A stretch of DNA of 64,000 bases, from positions 23,064,001-23,128,000 of the forward strand of contig CM106586.1 in the NCBI GenBank assembly GCA_048013815.1, read 5' to 3'. The stretch comes from Setoptus koraiensis. Lineage: Eukaryota > Animalia > Arthropoda. A program made the position numbers and the translations under genes. Below the pieces are notes generated by a model. That model had not been told where the DNA came from. It saw only the letters and a list, made by a program, of their open reading frames with translations, and did not search any database. Position 1 is the stretch's first letter. Each line of letters starts with the position of its first letter. Positions 12,185 to 24,100 of the stretch are shown here, piece after piece.

Positions 12185-15100
12185 GCTTACATCACTGATC
12201 TACCGTCAGCCAGCAGCTGACAAATCAGCTGACAGCTACCCTTGCAATGACAGCTACTGATGCCATAACAACAGTTGCCTTTTTCCTCCATTATGCCAAA
12301 CATTTGACACTTCTGACACAAAAGTCAACCGTTTCTCGGCCACACTTATTTGATTACATTGGCCGACACACACACGCTCGATTAATGGCAACTAATTGAA
12401 GTTGCTGTGTCTTTGTCTTTGTTGCACAATGTTATGTCTATCAGCCACAACAACTGACCAGTTGACCAGATCGTTTATAGTTGGTCAGCTGTAGCTGTTG
12501 GCATAATGGTAATTTGAGGTTTAAAAGTCACACTAATTGCAACTAATTAATTGCGACAAGCATGCCCACCAAAACACAACACAATACATAATGATCCGAG
12601 TATCCGAGCGTGGATATTCACGTGGCGACTGACTACGCGACAAACATTCCTGTGGCGGCTAGCCTGTGATCGCCCCGAACAGCCAGCCAGCAATGGCCGA
12701 CGACAGCCGATGGACACGACAATGAATAACAATGAAATGAATCGAATATCAATTGTCACAAATGTCACATCACTGTCAGCTGTGTGGGTGTGACGCAAAC
12801 TGTGACGCAAACTGTGACATAAACTGTGACAACTGCACGAACTGTACGAACTGTACGAACTGTTTAGGGGCGACACTAACCGCGCTAATTGTGCCCCATC
12901 GCACCTATAGCACTAATTGACAATTGTCTGCCGACAGTTGACAGTTGTGATAGAGATCATCGATCAGATTGCGTCATCACTGCAGCGATCACTGCCGTAG
13001 TGACACTGCGGTATGATGGTAATTAGTTGTTGTGGTTGCCGCTGTCGTTGGCGCTGTCGGTGTCGCTCTCGTTGGCGCTGTTAGTGATTAGTACGCGAGC
13101 AACGGCCAGGCGCATGTCATTGCGTAATAGTTGCTGGCTGGCTCGCACAATTGTGCCGCGGCCGCACTGCGCACGAGCAATGGCTCGTGCACAGAACGGG
13201 CCCGCTGATGGCGCACGCTGCAGCGACTGCTCCAGTGAGTCCGAGGGCATATAGCGCCGTTCGCGCACTGCGAAACGCACACACATCAATGGCAGCCTGT
13301 CCACAGCCTGGGCAGCGCTAGTCGCGCAAGCGTTCTCCTGGCCCGTTGTCAGCACATAGCTCGCTTTGCGTAGTGGCACATTTGGCGCTAGTTGGCGCTA
13401 GTTGGCGCTAGTTGGCGCTATTTGGCGAGCTATGTGCCACGGCTCGCTATGTGCCACGGCTCGCTATGTGCGTTGTGCAATATGGGGCCCGTTGCAAGCT
13501 GGAGACAGCTCTCGATTGGCGTAACTTGACTGTTGGCTGTTTTGCTCTTTGGTTGTAGTCACGTCATTGACACGGCGAGCAGCAGCAAATCGATGGCGCC
13601 CGTTGGCGAGCACGAAGGCACCCAGGCGAAGCTCAGCACTCGCGCCAGCTCACAAGCAGTCGCAAATCGCCCGCTATCCATACATCGCGCCATCGCGCCA
13701 TCGCGCCATTGCGTCATTGCGCCAGCGAGCCATCCAGCCAGCCAGCCAGCCATTCAGTCAGCCAGTGAGCGAGGTGAATTTCGCGAATTGAATTCTCGCA
13801 GCGTTTGGAATTGCCGAGAATCGCCATTTGAATGCGTATCTCGCAGCATGTGATTCGAGTTGGCAGCGTGCGAGCAGCACAACAAGCAAATCGGACGACA
13901 AACAGGCAAGAAAAAACCACTGCAAACAACGAAATCGGACGCTAATTAGGCACACGAACAACACACACGCACTTTGCTGGCCAGCAAAGTTGAGGCCAGC
14001 AGTCAATCAGCCAAAATTATAAACAAACGTCAATGATTGTCCAATAGTGAGCAAACAAGTCACAGCGATAATTAGCCGTCAGAGAGATGCGACTGGCGTT
14101 GCCGCTGTTGGCGGCCGTGGTGCATTTTGTGGCCATTTGGGCCGATCAATTCAATGTGGCGTCGGCCAGCCAGGCGAGCAAGTCCGATTTGAACGATTAC
14201 GAATACTATTACGAGTACAACAACAGCGCCAGCACGGCCATCGCGGCCGATAATGGCATCGACGACGACAACAAAAACAACAACAACAAAAATAATAATT
14301 TAAATTTAAATCAAAACAAACAAATCAATTTGGACAGCAACAACAGCAACAACGCAACCATCATCGACGACGACTGGCCCGCCATGGGCGCCGACACCGA
14401 CACCGTGCCGGACAGCGATCGCCAAGACCAGCAGCAGCAGCAGCGATTCAACGCTACAAGCGCCCGCCACCAGCCACACACCAGCGACATGCTAGAGGTG
14501 CTGTCAGAGGCCCTCATTAGGGAGACATGCAAATTAGATAGGGGCTGCATGAGGCGCGATCATTTAAATAACACCTATTTGGCGCATTGTCACAGATACA
14601 AATTGGAATATCTGTTCTCCAGTCCCATACTCATGGAAATAATGCACGGCGACGAGACAAAATGCCAATCAATACTCAGAGAATTCATGCAATTGGACGA
14701 GGTGGTGAGCCAATTCGACAAATTATTCAACAATCTGCTCACACGCTACAACTGCCAAAACGGCTACTCGGTCAAGTGGACCTGCCAGGATTGCAAGGTG
14801 AGCTGGCCCCCTACACTGGCGTGGCCCAACTACAGTGGCAACACTGCAATGGCGACACTACAGTGGCCACCCTACATCCCTGACACTTACCAGTGCCCGC
14901 TCATAGGTGCACCTCGCCGTAAAATCGGGCCTCATTTGTTCGTAAAATCGAGCTGCATTTTTTTTCTCAATGGCGCTTCGGCCTCATTGTCCCAGCGACA
15001 GTGTTACGACGCCCGCCAACCATCGACGCTGCCCCTCACAAGCAGCTGATACGTGATCCTCTTATTACAAATGCTCTTATGTAATCCAATGTGCACCCTA

Positions 15101-18100
15101 ATCGAGCGGCTTGTAGGTGCGGGTCGGGTCGCGCCGCCAGCCGCCAGCCTTGCTCGGGCCTCAAGTGGGGGCGCTTCACACACAGCGAGCAAATGCTGGC
15201 GTCGTGTGCGTCGTCGATGCGAGCAATAGCCCAGCACGTATTGCACGTATGACGCGCGCATTGAAGAGAAACAGAGCAGTCAGTTGCGTAAGCGACCGCC
15301 AGCGGTCGGTCCGCTGTGCCCGAGTCAGCGGTCGGTCCGCCGTGCCCAAGTCAACGGTGCGTCCGCTGTGCCCGCCGAATCAACGGTAAGGCGCTGGCTG
15401 GGCGGGCTGCGCGCAGCCCGCCGACAAATGCAAGTAAAGTGCCGCTGAGCCAGCGCCGAGCGCGAGCGGATATTATTTTGTATTGCGTAACGATCGCCGC
15501 GTAACGCGCCCGCCATGTCAAGAGAGGGCGCATGACCCAGTTTGTGCGCTCGAAGCCTGGTAATTGGTTGCTGTTAGAGCGGACGCTGGCTGGCGGCTGT
15601 TTAGTCGGCCCGTCGGGCCGCCAGTCGGCGGCGCGCACACATTGAGCACTCTTGAGAAGCACCCGTCAGCTGACTACGGGGGCGCAAACTGAGCGCGCGA
15701 AGCCCCCGCTCACTCGCTGGATAATACGCAACAACAGCAGCAACAACAGCAACAACAACAACAACAGATTCTGTTGAACAGAAGCGACGAATTCTCCCCG
15801 TTCGCTCGGGCTGGCATTGCCTCGAATGGCATTGTCGCGAATTGTCGCGTCGCCCGCATCGCACGCCACGGCACGCCGCCAATTACGTAAAATAACAACA
15901 ATTTGAATGGCGTAACGCCGACGCCAGCGGCTCCGTTTCGGGCCGTTTCAGCCCGTCGCGGCGCGTCTCGGCTTGTCTTGGCCCGTCGCGGCTCATTTGG
16001 GCCCGAGTCACAGCGCGGCCTAACGATCGCTGACTCGGGCCCAACGATCGCTCGGCAGCCAATTGTTCGGCCGGAGTCAAGTCGCTGCCGCGCCGCATGC
16101 GACTGCCGCCCCGGCTGCCGATTACGATATCGCCCATTTATCCATTGTGTGTCGCGCCCGTTTGCGCAGCGCCCCCTCGTCCGCCGAGTTGCGCCCAATT
16201 AGCGGGCGCCGGCTAATCGGGCGCTGGCTCCACCTTTGGCCCGATGCCCGCCAGATTCGGCCCGATGCCGTTCGACTGGCTCTAATCTCGCCACCGCGTC
16301 GGGCCAAATCTGGCCGCAACCGCCCGAATCTGGCCAAATCTGGCCGAATTTAGTTGCGACCACCAACCAACCACGGCGCCGCGGGTGAGCTCTGGCGCGT
16401 TGCCCGCTATCAACTGCTCGCCTGATAGCGGCCAGTTGATAGCGTCGAGCTGATAGCGGCAAGCTGATGGCACGAGCGAGATAGTTGGCGGCGGCATAGT
16501 AAGCGAGCGGCAAGCGGCGAGGCGACGCTCGCAGGACGAATTGCGAACTGCGGCCAAACGGGGGCCCAAATTGAATATCGCTCGCTTGTGCGATATTGAT
16601 AACTCGCACAAAACTATTACGCTCGCGTGCCTCGGGCTCGTTAGCCGCTCGCCAGCCCAGCGCACCGCTGCTCGGCTCGTGCAACCTTGCACCGCCGGCT
16701 AAACGGTGCACAGCACGCGCAAAACAGCTCACCTGCCAGCGCCATATCGCACTGCACGTGCACACATACACGCATATTCACGCAAATTCACGCATATTCA
16801 CACATATCCACTCATATTCACGTGCATCGCGTGTATTCACGTACCGCATATCACGTGCAGTGCTTTTTACCTGAGGCGCGGCGCATCCATTTCGCCTGCA
16901 AACATAGTGCTAGGCAAACTGTCTGTCGGTTGCCGCTGCCTGCACGCGATGTTGCTTTAAACGTTACGTAACGGAAGTCACAACAGCGGTGCGTGTGCGT
17001 TGTTGGTCTGTGGCCAGCACTCACAAATGTCGCATTGCGAATTGCGCAAATTCGTGCGCCACATCACGGCTGTGTCTGACGACGCGAAGCGTCGTAATTT
17101 TTGCAATCACCCACATAAAGTTACTACACAACACTGCCTAGCTGGGCATAAAAAACAGAGCAGCGCACTAACTGTATCATTTCTAAAACATCTTTTTTAA
17201 TGCAACCCCCAATTACGCAACAAACAATGACACACGGTGACGCGCGCTCTTTTTTGCATATTTACGCACGACAATTACGTAATATTGGTACGTGGGCCGC
17301 TATCAATCATCATTACACAAACGCATGACAACAACAACAACAACAACAACAACATGAATAAACAACATTGCCATACATTTGAATGGGCAAACTGTAACAC
17401 TGTACGCCATTGTGGGCGTAAATGAAAAACCAACAAATGTAAACATTACCATCATCATCATTGTTATTAACTGAACTATTAAATTGACGCTGCCTAAAAA
17501 ATGCGCCACTCACCTGTGCTCACCTGTGCTCGCCTGTGCGCTGCAATAACAAAACTAACCGCCGTTCGCGCCGGTCAAGCAGAAGGCCTACAAGGATTGG
17601 TTGTGCGCTATTAATTTACCCTATTATATGCACGGCGAACAGGTGAAACCGTGCATATCGTTTTGTGAACGAGTTGAACAACGTTGTCCATACCTGCATC
17701 CAATTACACGCGAACAATACGGCGGTCAGCCGGTGTTTATATGTCGAGGTGAGTATCATTACGTAACAGCCACGAAGCAGTGTGGCCACGGTGCACGTAG
17801 CGCTGGCCCGGTTAACGGTGCGCAACCTGCTCACTGTCATAGTTCACATGCACTCACTAATACGCTCGCCACTTGTCTCTTTGTTTGTCAACACCAACAC
17901 CAACAACAACACAACGGCGACAACAACAACAACAACAACCACGACAGACCCAAACATACCTTTTGTGCCCAGCATAACGCCCTCTATACCTTACAATGAG
18001 CCAACGCGCTGCTACGAATTGTGCCACCTCAGCGACAATGAGACGGAACTCATTAACGACAGCCTATCCAAGTACGCCTACAACGATTGTCCGCATCGCG

Positions 18101-21100
18101 ACTCCATCGCCGAAGAGGTCAGAAGTGATCCATTCTACAACAGGTGCCAATGGTCGCCCGACTTGACCGCGTCCGGCGCATCGGGTGCTGCGTCCGCGAG
18201 TGGCGGCGGTCCCACTTCCGGTTCGCACAATTCTGACAGTGGCAGTCACTCCATTAGCAGTGGCTCGCCAATTGCTGCCGACATAATAGAGGGAGGTAAC
18301 CGTGACGTAGGCGTGACAGTGGGTGTGGATGATGTAAGCAGCGGCCAAGTGATCCCGTTGGATGGCTCAAACAGCGCATCGCCGCCAGATGACACCGGTC
18401 AACAGCAGCAGCAGCCAGGTGACAACAATTCAAACACAATGCATACAGCCAGTGATGCAATTCAGCAGTACGATGGTGAGACAACAACAAGCACCTTGAG
18501 TGGGGGGCCGGCAACACAATGGGGCCACAACAAGGGGGTGCCAACAAAAACAGTGGCGCCACAGTTGACAACGACAGCTAGCACAACAACCAAACAGCTG
18601 ACCAACGTAATTAATGATGACGCAATGGATGATGTAATGGCAACAGCAGCAACAGCAACAACAACAACAAACAAAACAGCAGACAACAACCAAGACGCAG
18701 CAGACACAACGGCGCACTTGTCTGTTACGCAACAGTCCAACAGTCACATTGCCACGGGTCAGCACAGTTACGCCCCCCATTTGGGAGACCAACAACAACA
18801 ACAGCAACAACAGCAGCAGCAGCAGCACGTGCACAACAAGACGCTGACGGAATTGCGCGACATTCTGCATCAGTACAAGAGTCAACCGAAGCACCGGCCC
18901 GGCGAGCACGGCAGCGGCTCCCATTTGCACCATTTGCACGATTACAGCATCAATTGATTGGCCAGCACGCACCTGATAATACCTGTAATAATTGTAATTA
19001 GTAACAGTGCCAAATGTCAATAAACACAAGACTAATTTTGTGCAATTATTGTTGAGTTTATTAGGTTTATTTGGTTTATTTGGTTGGGCAATTTTGAGAT
19101 TTTGCGGGCGTCGCACACAAAAATGCGCAGCCATTTGGGCTCGCGAGGTATTTTCAATCAGGTATTTGTGTGGCAGAGGCGCGACAGCACGATCAGAGAG
19201 GGGCGAGGTTGTCAGAGAGACCGTCAGAGGGCCTGTTAGAGAGACCGTTGGGGTACTGTCAAAGAGATCGTTGGGGGACTGTCAGAGTGACCGCTAGAGG
19301 CGCTGACAGGGAGAGGCGACTATCGCTATCAATTCTCGCTGGCTCGACTCGAACATTAATTGTTAATTATCGGCTGCGATGGCCATTTGTTGGGCACGCA
19401 ATGGCCGGCACTGCGGCCAATTATCAGTATTAGATTAGCTGTTAGTGGCTGGCCGAGCGTCAATCTAATTAGCGCCCTAGAGTTTGAATTGGCGCCCTTT
19501 CGCCATTCAAACTCTCAACAAAAAAACTTTCGGTTGGACAAACTTTCAGTTGGACAAACTTTCGGTTGGGCAAACTTTCGGTTGGGCAAACTGTCCGCTA
19601 AAACCTTCTCGCCTGGCCTTGTCAGCTGATCGGGCCGAGCGAGAATCAAATGGCAAATATCAGAATATCAGAGGTTAATCAGGCTGACTGATTTGTTGGC
19701 CGTGGCTGGCAATTGTTGCCGATTCTACCAATTCTTTGCCGGCCTGTCTTGCTGGCTTCTTTGTTGGCCGTGGCTGGCTGGCTGGCTGGCTGGCATTTAC
19801 ATGTGTAGCGCGGCCGGCCGGCCGGCCGGCCATCGCCGGCTAAACACTGCTAAACACCTTTATAAATAGCCAGACATTTGACAACAACCTTTGTTTGTCA
19901 AGCGAAACACCTTGAGTGGCGGCCAGTGTCGCTGTTGTCGCTGGCGTGTCCGTTACAATGGCTGGCCCCTATGGCCAGCCACTGCTGACACTTGTTCGCG
20001 CAAACAATTTGACATTGGAATGTCAAGCTCGTCGCGCGCAACGATCTGTCGAGCGACACACAACAAGCCGCGAATAGCCGATGAGAGTGGCACAAGACGA
20101 CGGCCGACAATACAGTACAAAGTGGATGACAGCTACACGCCGTCTGCTGACTGATACACTAATGGACTGCACACAAATACACACACGGGCCAATACACAC
20201 AGCGACCAGTCTTGCCAAGACTGTCTTGGCGAGGAACGCAAGTTGCGCAAGCTCGCGCAAGCAGCCAGAAAAAGAACGCCAAGAAAGGAACGCCGAGAGA
20301 GCGCCGAGAAACGAACGCTCGCCAATTGCGACAGCGTGCGCGTCTAAACGGGCTAAACTGGGCGCTCGAAGCTAATTATTGAGCCTTTACATTGCCAGCC
20401 AGCCAGCGTAACCTTGCCAATAATCACTTTTGTAAGATATTCACGGGTCTATTTTCAGCAACGGCCATTTGCGGATTTTGTTTGGCAGATATCCTTTGCT
20501 TTACGACAATCGGCACAATGGCACACTGATCAACAGGGCACGTTTTGTTCAGTATTGCACCCGTACATGCGTTTGTGAGTATATTTATATCCACGCGTGG
20601 ATATAAATACACTCATAAACTCGTAAGACATGGGCATGGGCGAAATAATTGTTGTTACAATGCCGGCCGGCCGGCCGGCCGGCCATTGGCTGTTTGCCGA
20701 TATGCCCAAATAAAAGATTAGAAAAGACAACACACTCAAACATTGGCGATTTAAACACTGGCGATTGATTGAACGCGCTCGCGTACCTAGTTAGGCAGTT
20801 AGTATTTAAATAGGAATAATGATAAAATCCGATATGAAATTTGCCATTATATGACGCGCATTATTATTGGATGGCAGTTGGCCAAAACAGTTGGTCGTGT
20901 TACCGACAGTGTCAGACGGCAACAGTGTTGAGCCGAGTCGTCGCAGGCGAGACAATGCAAACACAACAGCAACAACAGCGACAACAACAACAGCGACAAC
21001 AACAACGGTGGCAAATGATTGATTTGTATTTGTTGCCTTTGGCGCAGATCGGCTGGCCTTGACCAGATCTTTGTTTGCCCGTCGCCTGTCTAACTCTTGA

Positions 21101-24100
21101 TATTTGCTGTCTGGCTGTCAGACGGCGAGAGGGCGCCGATGATCAGATGCAAGACGAACAACAAGGTTCGGGCGCAACAACAACAGCAACAACAACGGCT
21201 ACGACAGCAGCAACGACAACAACAACACCGACAACAACACCGACAACAACACCGACAACAACGGGCGCAAAGGTGCCAAACAAACAAACAACAAGTGACG
21301 ACCAATATTGCACCCTGCTAATAATAACTTGCTAATAACTGGCCGCTGCGTCGCTTGTGTTGCGTAACTGGCTCGCATACTCAGCCGGCCAGACTTGTGT
21401 GTGTGACTTATGTAACACAAGCAGCGCGAGTTACATAAGTCACAAAAGTCTCATAAGTCACACACAGGTGACTTGTGATACTTATCACAACTTGTGATGT
21501 TCGCAAGTCACAGCTGGCCGATGGGCGAGCTGCTAATTATCGTGTCGAGTGGCTGGTTCGGTTCGGCTTGGCTCGGTTTGGCACATTGCGGACATTGCGT
21601 AATGGTTGTGAGTTGCGAGCTGCTGTTAAATATAATCCAATTTGACATTGGACAGCGATAGCAGGATCAGCTGATGGCAGTGATTAGCATATTGTGATTA
21701 GGCGCTGGCTTCATTTGGTTTCTCTCTTCATTCTATTTCATTGTCACTGTTGTAATAAGTGAACAGACGTTGGCGAGCGCGCGTCAACATACGCGCGCGT
21801 ATTTACAAGCGGCCGTGTGTATTCACGGGCAGTGCATTCACAGCCAGCCTATTCACGGACAGCGTATTTGCGGACGGTGTATTCACGGACAGCGTATTCG
21901 CGGGCAGTGTGTGTTTACAAGTGTATAAATAGCGTAAATAAATGCAGGTAGCGACAAACAAGGTGCGCATAATGAGCGCGAAACGATAATCTATAATTAG
22001 TTATCACGGCTTCGTTTGCATTTGCTGACAAGACAAGACAAGTGGCAACAACACTGACACTGGCGCACAACAACAGCAACAATTATTTAATGGTAATCGT
22101 AATTAGACAGATCGCTCGGCGGCTCGGCTCGGCGTGCGCGCTCGTCTCCGCGTCTCGGCACGCCGAGCCGGCCAGCCAGCCAGCGCGAGATTAACGAAGG
22201 TTACCTGTTACAATTCACCTGTCGCACACACTACCTAAGCCGTGAGTGAGCTGTCCATCACACTGTGATGATCACAGCCACTGCGATCGGCGGATCGCCG
22301 ATCGCCGGTCGCCGGTCGGGCACGAAAATAACAGCCGGCCGTGTGTCGTGTTGCGTAATCATTGGTCCGTTGGCATAATTAATGAATGGTTTGTTTTGTT
22401 GCCGGCAAAACCAATCTGGCCGGCCCGTCGTTTCGATATTCGGGCCGCCACTCGGGCCGCCGTCCGACGGGCCGCGGATGGCCCGCTCGTTTCGGGCCGC
22501 TGTCCGATCGGGCGCGGACGGCCCGAATATCGCCAAGCTGACACAACGGTAACGCAACGGCAACGCAATCAGCGCCAGCGATCATTGGGCACTGGCCGAC
22601 CAGCGATCTGGCGCTGCCAATGGCACGTCCAATGGCACGTCCAATGGCAATTTCAATGGCAAATGCAAATTTAAATTGGCCGGTGCCGGCACTGACTAAT
22701 TATCAATGTCGGCCGACCTTCAAAAGTTTGCAAGTTGCCGCTCTCGGACGCGCTCTCGGCCGGCCAAAAGCAGAGCATGCGAGCGTCCTGTCGAACGTCC
22801 TCGATTTACGTAATCGTATCGGCAGTGTTTATTTTGAGCCACTGGATATGAGCCAGGCCAGTTGCGTCTCGCCGTCTCGCTGTCTCGCTGTCTCGCTGTC
22901 TCGTTGTCTCGCCGTCTCGCTGTCGGGCCTCCGCTGGGACGGCCCGCTGGTCTGCTGAGGGGGGCACAATTAGCACGGACAATTACAGCGCTCACGCCAC
23001 ACGAGCGAGCCATGCGGCGACAGGGGAGACGCGAGCGACGACCAGCGACACGAGCGACGACCAGCGACACGAGCAACGACGAGAGATAAAAATAACAGCT
23101 ATGTATAAATAACAATTTGGGGATGAGCGCGTTCGGCAATTAATTGATTTAATTATTGTTGTCGCTCTCGCGCGAACACACTGTGTTACATCGGTCGAGT
23201 GCCGAGATTGTTTACGGCCGGCAGCTCTAAATAGCGGCTTGTTTCGGGCTGCCGGCAGCGAGGCTCGGTTGTCGGGTGTCGGGCGACTCGGCTCAGCGCG
23301 GGCCGGCAACTTGTCGAAAACTTGTCGGCCGACAGCGTGCAAAACGTTTGCTACTCCAACCAACAAACCAAGCCACCAGATGATCGTATGGCCACCAGAT
23401 CATATCAGATCGCTCTGATAGTCGGAGTAGCCAACGAGTAGCGAGAGCTGCCGGCAAGACAACTCGCAACTTACAAGCGTCGCAGCACTCACAAAGTTGT
23501 TGTCAGCCAACGACAGCTGAGCACTGTCAATTGGCAAGCCAGTGAGCTAATGAGAGCACTGGCACAAATTGCGCTAATAAGACGCTCGCAACAGGTGAGG
23601 AGAGGGTAAACGCGCTTACGTCACGACATAACGGACGGCATGCGACTGACAATGAAACTGACAATGCGACCGACAATGCAATTGGCAATTGGCTCGCGCT
23701 ACTCACCTGGCCGTAGATCCATTTGCGTCCTCGCGGCTTCGAATGCGAACCAATGTAGATCTTGCCCACGTCGTTGAGCACGTACTCCTTGCGCGCGTCT
23801 TCGCTGCTCAGGTAAACGGCGTCGTCTGTTCGTGTGCGCCCATTTGCATATTGATTGAGACGGATTGCCGATCGATTGGGCGATTGGGCAATCGGGCGAT
23901 TCGGCGATTGCGACAGCGCGATTCGGGCCAGTTGTGTTGGGACATAATGAGAGATATTTGGAGATTGGCAAATTAGTTTGTGAGCATTGGCGTTACGTGT
24001 TAGCGAATGGCATTCATGGCACGTACAGTTGTTGTTAAGCAGTTGAGCAAAAGCAAATGACTAATTGTAATGGCTTATAATTAACGCATAAGTGCAAGTA

